DNA of 64,000 bases, taken from the NCBI GenBank assembly GCA_030141605.1, contig JAQGDQ010000003.1:496001-560000 (forward strand), read 5' to 3'. The stretch is from Tubiluchus corallicola. Taxonomy: Eukaryota; Animalia; Priapulida. Below the pieces are notes generated by a model. It searched no databases. It saw only the letters and a program-made list of their open reading frames with translations, and was not told the DNA's origin. Position 1 is the stretch's first letter; every line of letters starts with the position of its first letter. The position numbers and the translations under genes were made by a program. Positions 11,201-23,200 of the stretch are shown piece after piece.

Positions 11201-14200
11201 TGTTTCAAATTGATCTCAGTATTAAAGAGATCGTTAACTATGACTGACATAGAGTAACTAATTAATTATTTTTTGATGACATATTTTTGCAGTTGTTTAA
11301 GAAATTCTTGCTTTAGATATTGGCCCATGAATTAGCCTTACAAACTCTAATCAGCTTCAAGAGGCATTTCAAGCAGCTGCAGTGTCCAAACTCCTACCCC
11401 AAGAATATTAAACTCAGTGGGGATTTAATCCAGCCATTCATTCGTTTTATTCAAACATTCCTAAGTTATATTTGTTGAGATTCAATTTATTACAAAGTAC
11501 ATTGTAATGGTACGAACAGATTCACAGAAGGGTATAATAAGTGTATAAAGCTTAAAGTTGGTTGTTGATCATTAATATTCAATAAGCACACGTACAGTGC
11601 TTTTTATAATGTATAATATCATAAATTCAACGAGTAGTTTTAGACAGCAGTTGCAGGCCAAGTAGTTTTGAAGTCTGAAATTAAAATAAGAGCAACTCCA
11701 AAATGCATATAATCCTATTATCCACTTTATCCTACTATCTAACATACCTTGCTTTGAAGCAGTATGCGTAAATCAACGTGAAAAGAATCTCCCGCACCTC
11801 CTCGGACTCTTTTAAATTCACCGCCCCTATCTTCATCTGCCGAACGTTTTCCTGGAAAAAAACAACATCAACTTACATTTGTAAACAGTTTGTGATTATC
11901 TAAGTTTACAGACTGTTAACAAAATGGAGATGGCTAGAAAATTCGAAAACCCGCAAGCCATCATATTTGCGATTCAGTAGACTCGAGTTCACCCATTTAG
12001 TCAATAACCAACATCTGTCAAGAGAATTAACACACGTTATGAAAAAAACGAAATAGGTTTTTAAAAATGCCTTGGTGGTTTTACATGAAACAAAAGATAA
12101 TACTACATTTTCAATTCAGAGACAGATACAAAGTTGAAATTTAGTATTATATTTTATTTCATTTAAAACCACCAAGGCATTTTTAAAAACCAGCTTCGTT
12201 TTTTGAATATTATTAAATAAATGTATATATTAAAAAATAAACAAAAAATATATACTAAGTTTCTAAATAATAAATAACAAAGAGTACTTCCACATCAGCC
12301 GGCTTTGTCCGAATTACTCAGTTAATGTTGTACTTAGGAAATAACACAAATCACATTTGGCTTCAGCCTCTTATAAGAGACACTTAATTGAGATTCCATG
12401 TAGCTACACTAACTACCATAATGATCTACAGGGGGATAATGTAGCATCTAGAAGAAATGATGCATTAGAACTAATAAAGCACATGCACTGCCCCAGGTTA
12501 TGCTAGTTAATAAGGATTAAGCTGAAACACAAGAAATTTTTTATAAAAAAAATTTTTCCAGTGTGGGAGCAGTGCTATAAAATAATGCATTTCTTATTTT
12601 TGTTCTTTCTCATTCTAGTGATTACTAAAACAGAAGATTGTTGAGATGGACAAAATTATGTTAAGTGATATACTATTATATACCTAATTTTACCAAGGAA
12701 CTATTTTTCAAGTTTTAACGCTTTAAGTCACTTTCTTATAGTAAGATCAGATCAGCCATTTATTACTTGCTATAAAATAAAACGTTCATTACAAATTCAG
12801 ACGTTTAGATTCTACCAAGAGATATTTGTCCAGCCACAGCATCATATAATTATCAATTTATTTGTAGACTTGACGACAACAACTCATCACAGGCTGGAAT
12901 TTGTAGATGCAGTCCAGATCTGAAACTCTGCAGGGTAGTAGGATAGCAACTAGACAAAAATAATGCTGCTAGGAAAATACCTGGATTCTGAATGCGTGGC
13001 AATATTAGTGTTATGTAAACGAATGTAGTTAAAAATGGGACATATGAAAAAGTAGGAAAAATAACACATATTTTGATAGCACGTATATTATTTTGATACA
13101 AATAATTTCTATAATAAAACTAGAACACGATCAGTAGGAAACAGGTCTCCGCTAAGGATTAAAAAATCCTAAACATGTTCGTCTGATTCTTTTGATTGAA
13201 AAATCGTAAAACAAAGGTAAACAAGCAAACATACAAAAATGTGCCAGTATTGATATTATATAGACTAGCAAAAGACAAAACATTTTGTTCAATAAATAGA
13301 ATAACAAGCAACAATGCACGAGTATTCCACATAGAGCTTCTCTACATTTCTTTAACCATTTAGTGATGGTAATAGACTGTGAAAAAATGCGTATTTATAT
13401 ACTAAGCCAGTTTATAAGGTTATATACACTTATAAGAGAGCGTTGCACAGTTTTTCAAACGAGAATTTGTCGTAATCTGCAACTACATAAAACTTGTAAT
13501 AAAAATGGTAGAGATAATAAAAATGAAGTACCCTATCTTGCAGCCAAGTCCTCCACTTTCTAAAGAGCTATAACATTCCCTCTCAGATCTTCACGAAGCA
13601 CTTCAAGAGTGGTTTTTGTACGTGGTATTCGGTCAAGTATTTTCAAAAGAAGGGCGGGAGCAAAACGCTTATATTAGAATAACTTCTTTGGCAGTGAAAA
13701 TAGTTAAAATTATTATCATCCACAATAACCCTAACCTTAAACTCATATTTATACGTGTGCCATGATTTGTAATTTTCAAATTTGTGCCTTTTTCCTGTGC
13801 CATTTTTACCTGTGTCACTTTTACACCACATTAAAATAGTTATATTGGTTACTTATTCGTTACAGGGTAATTTTCAAATTTCTGACAATAGAATCCATGG
13901 GTGAGCACCAGCTTGCATTAGCGAACTGCTAAAACTTTACAGACTTAGTCGTGTATTAAGGTCTAGCAATGATGGAATGATGGTTCACTTCTGGAAATTT
14001 ACAACACAAAATAGGTCACTGGAGTGACAGAGCCTTCTCTTCTATTGCTCCACTCGTGACGAAGACTTTATCAAAGCATATCAGACAATGTGAAAATTTA
14101 ACTGTATTTAGGAAACATTTAGATACTTTGTTATTTATTAAAGGATACAAATGGTTTGCACCAATTGTGTTTTAAATTGTTACTAATCTTTTAATTTCAA

Positions 14201-17200
14201 GTTTAGTACGTTTTATTACGTAATTTTTGCTATACTGTTTTACTGTATGTTCGTCATTTACAAATTGTCTTTAATAATAATTATCAGCTTTACATAGTTA
14301 TCCTAAAATATGCACTTAATCAAATAAGTACTACATGCATTTACAGACGATTGTAGGAGGATTTAGAAAAAAAGTTTAACGGGGGTGTAAATATGAGAAA
14401 AATAGCGCATCAGTTCCTTTGATAATTTATCCTTTATAATGTTCTCTATGTACCTGTAAATTGCTGGAAAAACACTATGACTATTGATCAGAAAGAAACT
14501 ACTGGATAATATTATGTACTGCCTACCACTATGAACTTACTATGGCGGCCATTCTGTATAATGCAATATCATTCTTGTTGACCTCTAAAAATTTGTGGGT
14601 GATGAAAGTCATTGTAAATCAATAGTTCTGCTAGCAGCATAAGTCAGTTTTTAAAATCACAGAACTCTACTACTATTACTGTTGCTGCAGCACTAAACAG
14701 GTAACAGGTAAACAGGTAATTATTTTAGGGGTAATTATCTCATAATTAATCACTCCACACCTCTCCACCTCCACACTCTAGTACTCACTCAAAGCCTACT
14801 ATTAATATCAAATGGCCTAGGACTTACCTAATTACCAAGGAATATCCTCTAAGAAGAGTTACTATTGTCTAGTTACTAGTGAACGAAGTGTCAATAAAAA
14901 TAGTCAGAAATAGTGTGACAAATGAAACGACTTGTAAGTAGCAGGTTTCTCAGTGGATGTTACCCTATTGGCTAACAAGACTCAGCACTGCTTAACTTCG
15001 TAGCCAGTCTACATTGTGACAAGTTAGTTACTTCCGTTAGCCTAAAGGTACTCTGCACAAAGTCGAAACTTTGAAAAAAACGAGCTTCGGGCAAATTTTA
15101 CGTTTATTTCTCTCTAGTGAGCATTTATTGTGTAGCGAGCACAAAGCCCAGACAAAATCTGAGCAATTGCCGAACATTAATCTCGAACGATACAAAGATA
15201 AAACTGTGAAGCAATTCTTGGTGAGATGGAAGTTACACGAAAAAAACAGAGTAAGAACAAAGTTCACTCTAAGACTGGTACATTACAGACATGTCAAAAG
15301 ATACAGTTCTCTACTTCTTACTTTTCTTCACATTTTCACAAAGTCACCCACGGATGTACTACTAACTGACGTTTAACCAGTTAATGCTAACTGACTTTGA
15401 AGCACAAGGCTATTTGTATTAGTTATATAACAGTATAACAGTTTTTAACAGTACAAGCTTTAATATATTTGTTACTCAAAACACCTTAACTCATCAACAC
15501 TGTACCTCTCGCGCCAACATTGTCCTAATTGTTGTATCAAAAAATACTCACATTTGAAAAATATGAGTATAGTGAGATCAGTTACTGTCGTAATAAAACT
15601 GCTAGTAAGAGGAGGCTTCTTTTTATCATCTTCTTGAACTAAGAAACGTTTTTTTGTAAACATACTTATTTGTTATCAGAATTAATATAAAGCCAAAAGG
15701 ATTAACTTAAATCTCGTCTGAGAAGTAACGTTATAGTTAACGAAAGAACAATTTTCTGAAGAATTCTATAAGAAACATATTATAAATGGAACTATATAGT
15801 GAACGGAAAATGCTGCCAGTATCTAGGAATGTCTAAAGCAAAATCATGAGAAGCCTCAGCAGCAAATTGTATATTCCAAAGCAAACTCTCTGCAACATAG
15901 CATACAAATTTCAGGGTTTAAAAATACTTAATAAGAAATTCTTCCTCGCAGAAATAACATCATAATCACCCTGTATTGAAGTTATAACATAATGTTAAGC
16001 ATTACGTCATTATCACGTGGTTTAGGAGCATAATCTGCGTCCTATGTTATAAAATATAAGAATCTCCAAAATAATGTTAGTTAAGAGAATGACTGGCATC
16101 AAACACATTGTACCTTTTATTTTGGAGACTTTGTCCGTTAATGACTTAGTGTTGGGTTTCATATAGTAACACGCAAACTTCAGGAACTTTTAAATTAAAG
16201 TTTATAACCAGAAAATGCGAATGATGACTTTAAAGCAATTTTGTCTGGTGCAGACAGATTGTGGCCAGGCAAAACTACAACTTCCCATATGTAAACAGAT
16301 GCTGCAGAGACACATACTGAAGTTCACTTATGCCTGGGTACACAGAATTTGAATACTGATCTGTGCAGACAGACTTAAAGATTCTCTTGTCTGGACAAGA
16401 ATTGAACACATCCTGGTGCAACAAAATTTAGGACTAAATGATCGACTACTTGTGTAAAACCTCAGTCAATGTTTATGAGTTTCACTACTGTTTGCTCAGC
16501 TCGATTTTCATATGAATTGCTACGATAAACACGAACTAAGCATAAAACACTTCATAAACTTTCAGTTAATAATGGAAATAGTACAGTGTAAGAGAGACAG
16601 GTGCAACGACCATGGACGCAATTTTCTAATGATACTAAAAAGCCTTAAGAAGCCACATAATGGTGAGCGTTCTGCAATTATTACAAAATAATGAACTATA
16701 ATTTATAGTGCAGGTACGAGTAACCTCTACACATTGTAAAAACGGCAAACTAAGCAAGTACACATAAAGTACGAACAAGTATAGCACCAAATGCAGCGGG
16801 AAAACGTCAAATGTAGTACAACAGTATAATTCTATTTCCGATCTCCAATGATTATGAAGATTCATTAAATTAAAATTCCATTTATGTACTGTTTTCCATC
16901 TGTTCCTATTTTAAGGCAGACAAAATTTAAGGTTACGGTTTTTGTGTGTCAAGGAAGCCACTGATGATCACATAGTAGTCTAAAACCCCGGAAACAAGGA
17001 CTTAAATGGCCTTAATACTGAGATAACTGGAACAGTTCATTATAAGTTGAAGGTAGCGATATTTTAGAATCACAGACCCGGAGAGTTTTTAATACAAGTA
17101 CCTATCAAAAGATTCTTACTTAGCATCATTCTGGACTAATAACCAAATGAGGTTATTAGTGCCTTGACAGTGACGATAATGAGAACACAATATGACATAT

Positions 17201-20200
17201 AATTTCCACGTGTAAAAACTACTAGTGTGCTAACCTACGTTTAAGGATTTTTGTATATGACCAATTTTTACCTAACCGGCTGTATTAATAATCTCTTAGA
17301 AACCACATCAGTTCTCCAAACAACGAATTGTCAACAAGCTTCTAATGTACACAATTATGAGCACCTATATAGATTATTTGAAATATCATCTACGTGCGTG
17401 CAATGAGCTTGGACGGAAACGCACCTGAGTAAATCAATACATTCTAATCATGACAGGTAAGTGAGCTGGAAATATATATCAGATTACAGGACAATGTGAT
17501 TAGTGTAGGCTGATGGCAAGGTAAGATTGTACCTATACTCAATATTAATCCACTAAAACACACTGGACTTATCAACGTCTTGACTCACCTGGATTAGAGT
17601 CACACCTGGTCAATTAAGAGATGCATGATTTTGCAACAAATGAAACATAAACATTGAGAAAAAAGTTTACCTTTGTAACTTCACACTTCACGTTTTACAC
17701 GTATGTGCATCCTTGAAAGCAATAATTAAGGAAAATACGGTGATTTTTTTATATCCGACCCTATTTTGAAGTATCATAAAAAGTATGCATTTTAACACCT
17801 ATTATAATGCCAAGGCGTTTCTGATAATTAAATAATAGTTCAAAGGCTCAAACAACAGCGGGCGGGCTCTGACGACATCACAAATGAACAGTTTTATGCC
17901 AATATCTGTACAGTGTAAGTACAGAATACAACCAATTCTACTCAGATAACAACTAACAGTGTTACAGTACACATGTATATACTGTAACTATAGCAATTAA
18001 CAGTTTATGCCAATATGTAAGTGAAACAATTGGATACCTAATTCTGAAACAAAAATTACACCAGAATCAGCTTACGACGCCAAAGTAGTTCAATTCACTT
18101 TTGACCCCCTAGCACAATTGCATAAGATTACTTTATTAAAAAGAAATGTTATGTTGCTAAAATACTAAATTTACATAATACCTACGCCCTTTGTAAAAAT
18201 TTAGGGATTTTAGGGAAAATGATTTAGTTACCCTGATTTAATACAGAACTCCTCTAAGGCAGATGCATCAAAGCACTTTGCCAACTACACAATACAAAGA
18301 AAGAAAGGCAAGATGTCAGGAAAAGTACTATGTACGAGGTAGCATTGCATCAGACCTGACGCTTTTTATTCCCACATATTTGCAAGACAGTGTCCCCAAC
18401 AAGATAACACTTTACAAATTTTATTTTTTCGAAAAAATGTTTCGAATAACTGCACGGTTAGTCATCTCAACTACTTGGTAATAAATTTTCCACAAAAATT
18501 CATGCATATATTTTTAGCTTTCTAGTTTTCGTGCAGTGTCATAGCAAGAAATGTGTAGAAAAGGTAATTCTTTTAGCAAGTTTTCCGATATTTTCAACTT
18601 AAATATTTTTCACTTTTTAAGTTAAATATTTTTCATTTACTCCACAGTTAGCCATAAATAAATGAATAAGTAAACAAGTTTACAAGTGAATAAATAAACA
18701 ACCCTAGTAGTACCATAAATGCCATACTTTAAGCAAAACCATTTGCAACTAATGCAGTGATAATGAAATCTCACCAAATAATGAAGTTATCACCAACACA
18801 AATGTTCTTATGTTTTTGACAAGCGGATTAGTTGAATGAAAGGATAATTCACTCCAGGTTAATAACGTTAGGTTAGAAACTGACCATTACCTATGGTGCC
18901 TATTGTTGAACAGGATTAATTAGTTCCCTAGTATGGATCTCAGGTGCTCCTATGTCGAACAAAGAAATGCTTGAAGAACAAAGACACAAACTGATAGCAC
19001 TCACTTCTAGGTATTTATATCTGCTATGATCTGCTGTACGTAAATCAGCTGCATATACACTATATATACATGCAGCGGACTTAGTATATGTTAATAATGT
19101 TTTTTGTATAATATATACATACATATATATGTTTTTTTCTGTTTTTTTGTTAAATTCTTTTTAATGTGAGGGATGTCAAGAAATGATTGGCTCCCACTGC
19201 ATGGAAGAAACAGAAAAGAATAGATAAGGACCAAAAAACCATAAAAAGAATAATTATAAATAAAGAATTTGGTTTTGCAATGTTAATGGTGCTACGACTT
19301 ATTTGTTCAATAATTTTACTTTCTGATGTCTGACAATCAGTAGAACGAATTAAAAAATACATTAAATAAGAAATAAATGATAAAATAATAAAAATGCGTT
19401 TGTAGATACTTATAATATACTTTTAAGCATGGCCAGAGAAACCTTTCCTTACATCACAAATTTACAGAAGAAACACGTAGCTAATATCAGCAAGAAAATT
19501 TAATGTATGTATAGTGTAACATAAATAAAATAAGTTTGATATTAATACAGAATTTACTTAAAGTCCTGTTTTGTTACCCTGCAAATTCGGTAAGTTTCCT
19601 CGGATTGAAAACTGACCAAGGGCAATTACACATTACAGTCATTAATTGTCAAAATTAATATGACGGCACGGAATATCTCAAATCTTAATTTGAGGCACCA
19701 CACTAATTCTATTAAATATTGTTTCTGTTGTCGGATATTGCGAGTAACCAATCGTACATGTTTTGCATTTTCACAATCTAATGAACAACAGATGAAAGAA
19801 GAATACATGAGCACCATTTTAGGTTAAGAGTTCTCTGTGACGGCTGCAAACCTCAATTTATTCAACAGATTAAAGAGAAAATAAAACACTTATTGTTAGA
19901 AAAAACTATACAGAAAGAGCAAGATGAGTTGAAGTTTGTCTAGAAAAGTACTTTGTGAACTTGTTCAAGGTTTTAAAGGCCAAATATTTGTTTACTTTTG
20001 GACTGCTAGGAGAATTCTACCTATTAAGCAATTAAGTAACAAACGTCAGCCAAATTAGTATATGTATCTATACTCTTATATTAATATTCTTGGTATGGGC
20101 TTAATTTATATATATATAAGATTCGAGGCTACAGCTTCGACGACGGCACCATTTGCGGCGATCTATATATCAAACGAAAGGTCTCGATCTAGTGTCTTCT

Positions 20201-23200
20201 CATTGATGGTTTATTTTTCGAATCGGGCCCACCGGGAGGAACGGGGGGCGAAAAACCTCCAAAAATGGCCCTTTTTCGGCCGTTTTTTGCAAAAGTTATA
20301 CGGCTGAGATGTAGAGAACGGGAACGGGCCGAGGGGGGTGCTGGGTATGGATAGATAGCCCGTTCAGCGGTGGGTGTAGTAGGCATATTTAGAATTCCCG
20401 AGAGGGCCAGGGCGCCCCGCAACGGGCGTTTTCCCGGACCCAACTCGCGATTTTTTCGAAATTTTGACCAAACGGCCTGCGGAAAAAAACGTTCTAGCGG
20501 CGCTTGGTGAGACTCTTGGAAGGAGATATGGGGCTCTTTACAAAGAGGAAGAACAGGGCTACACGATGATGTGGGTTATATGTTAGGACAGGTCCACCGA
20601 GAAGAGTATCGACGAGTTAATTAGGTGTTTTATTTTCGGCGATTTTCGCTTAGAAAGCTGTGAAAATTCTCGCTTAGAAAACTGCGACGCATTCCATTGT
20701 GCTGACGTCATCCATTGTACTCTGTCTATAAGTTTAATTCAGCAAAAAGCTGCTTTGCAACATACAGTAGGCAGGAGTAAACGCTGCTGGCTTTGCGTTA
20801 GGTAAGTAGGCAGAATGTTACGGGCTTTGTGTTATAAATGAGGACTTGGTAGGACGTTTGCGTATTATTGATTACACGTGTATTTATACGCAAAATCTTT
20901 TGCGGGGCCTTTGCTAGTTCTAATTATTTTTGGATACCCCAATAACTGACATTCTACCACTGTTTCTGATTTGCCTCCTGTTTCCACGAGGTTCAAGTAC
21001 CACAAACAGATAAAACACTGGTTCATATTTAAGTATCTTTTTTCAAGAACATGAAGAGCTGCAGAAGCTTTTTATTTTACTTCATTAATTATTAAAAATG
21101 ATGCAGGATTGGATTTACTAACTGCAGACACACCAAATTGTAGTTTTTTATTTAAACATTTTCAGTTTTTAGGTTTATCTACTACTATATAGCTTCTTGT
21201 AAACTAGTTTAGCTAATTCTTTTTATTATGTTCCAGGCCTAATCTGATATTTGGGAACTAATGTTGTTTTTAATTAGAAGTGAAAAAGTTGAAGACTCAC
21301 CCAAGGCCTGCCATTACAATACTGCATAATAAAAAAAAGTTAAAACATCAACCAAACATAACTAAACAATCTCTTAGATTTTCTCGTTACATGTGCATTA
21401 ATTTAGCCAAACTAAGAGTATTCCACACTTAGATTTTTTTCACGTTACATGTGCATTAATTTAGCTAGACTAAGAGTATTGCATGTTTCCAATTGGGTAT
21501 TCAACGTTTAACACAGATGAAGAGCCAGTTAAGACTTCACCTAGCGTTGATGTATACTCGGTATTAGCTGAATTATTGTATGTCATGATCTTAATTATGG
21601 CGAAAACTTAGTTAATTAAACACTGTATAACCTGTATAACAACACTTAACCCAGTTATTACTATTTAATTTAGGTGAGTCATATTGTGTTTAGGGAGCAT
21701 ATTTATCTACAGTTTTCTACATAATATGCATAAAGTCAGCGGCTGCAGTCAGAATTTTGAAAAATATTACAAATTTGGTTACATAAAACTTCTTAATGAC
21801 TCAAAACTAATTAAAAAATTGTTGATTTATGTGTAATGCACATGTACATGAAACGCGTTTAGTTTTAGGCAAACTCATATGAAGACTTGACTAAATATCT
21901 ACGTCACGAAACATATTACTTTACTACATTATATCACATAACTAAGGGTCGATTCCTGCTCAAGGGCGCCTACGATGTCAAAAGATTTTCTAAGCAAGTG
22001 GCAACGTGTCACCTTCACATTACTTTGAACTAGCACTGCAACAAACTAAAGGTTCGAGTTAGGCAAATGATTTTGATTAATAACACGGAATACAATCAGA
22101 TATCAAGATGAAAGCTTATGGCAAAGATATTTACAGTTAAGGCTTTATTCAAACTGTAATCTAGACGCCAAAATATGAATAGGGTAAATAAATTCTGTAT
22201 AGTATTCGTAGTTGTTTACTGTTATTATCAGCATTCAAACAGCTAGTCTCTAGTAAATCAAACACATCTAGAAATAACAAGTCACCTTTACATAACAAAC
22301 AATTTAAAAATGGAAGCAACAAATGAAATACAAATCAGAGTGTATCAAACCCACTTACTAAAATATTAGAAATTACATTTCCTTAGTAGTTTTGTAAAAT
22401 TCTCCTAGTGGAATAATGAAAAATGTAAGTAATCAAAACCGTAAAAGTAAGAAAATATACTCTAGGAAAACTAGAGAAATGATTCTGTACGGAATCGATG
22501 TAAGCAGCAAACAATTGATATTAGAACCTAACTCTTCCACTACGGGTTGTACTTTTTTTGTATTACTTATGCAAGCATTTGTCTCCAAATACCTCAGCTT
22601 AACACTGGTTTTGAAGACATAAATTTGTTGTGGCACACGTCATAATATAACAAACAAATTGTCACTAGGTTTTAAAAAGAACTTTTATTTTCCACATTTT
22701 TGAAATTTATACGATGCTCTCTCTAAAATATCTCCAAAAAGGTACGTCTAATGAGAATTTTACCGATAATCTAGAACCGTATTGGACTTCTCGCTAATGT
22801 GAACCCATTGTGAGTGTGCACAGCCTGTGCAGCCAGGCGCTCACTCCGTTAACACACCTTTTCACGTTCAGCCAATTTTGCACGTGGATATTTATACAGC
22901 TGAATGAATCCGTGCTGACCAGTCAATACCTCATTTCCCTCACATCCAATTAGTATAATTAAAATAATTGACTGGTAGCCGCCGTACAGCATACTAGGCC
23001 ATATAGCGCGTGCATGCCCCAAGACTCAACAGCGTATTACATTAATATTTTACCTACGTTGTCGTTGAACATAACGGTCTTACAAATGAAACCAGACGTG
23101 TATAACGTCTCACACAGTAAGCATTTCTACCTGCAACAGAAACGGCATTACTCCAGCCATTGAGCCTTTTTATGCAAATCTTGTCGACTTTTTTTTAAGA

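Noticed and set aside
11877-11912. Small exon with GTAAGT donor just upstream of the 11851 exon
   Set aside because: The resulting intron would be only 25 nt
16955-17015. Hammerhead ribozyme (CTGATGA...GAAAC)
   Set aside because: Stems II and III cannot be formed convincingly; a similar decayed motif near 21515 also fails
20062-20443. ORFs or hnRNP K CpG-island promoter in the GC-rich patch
   Set aside because: The patch is bounded by Helitron termini; the ORFs have no recognisable domain
21940-22065. tRNA gene (GGTCGATTCC and GGTTCGAG B-box-like words)
   Set aside because: No A box at the right spacing and no cloverleaf
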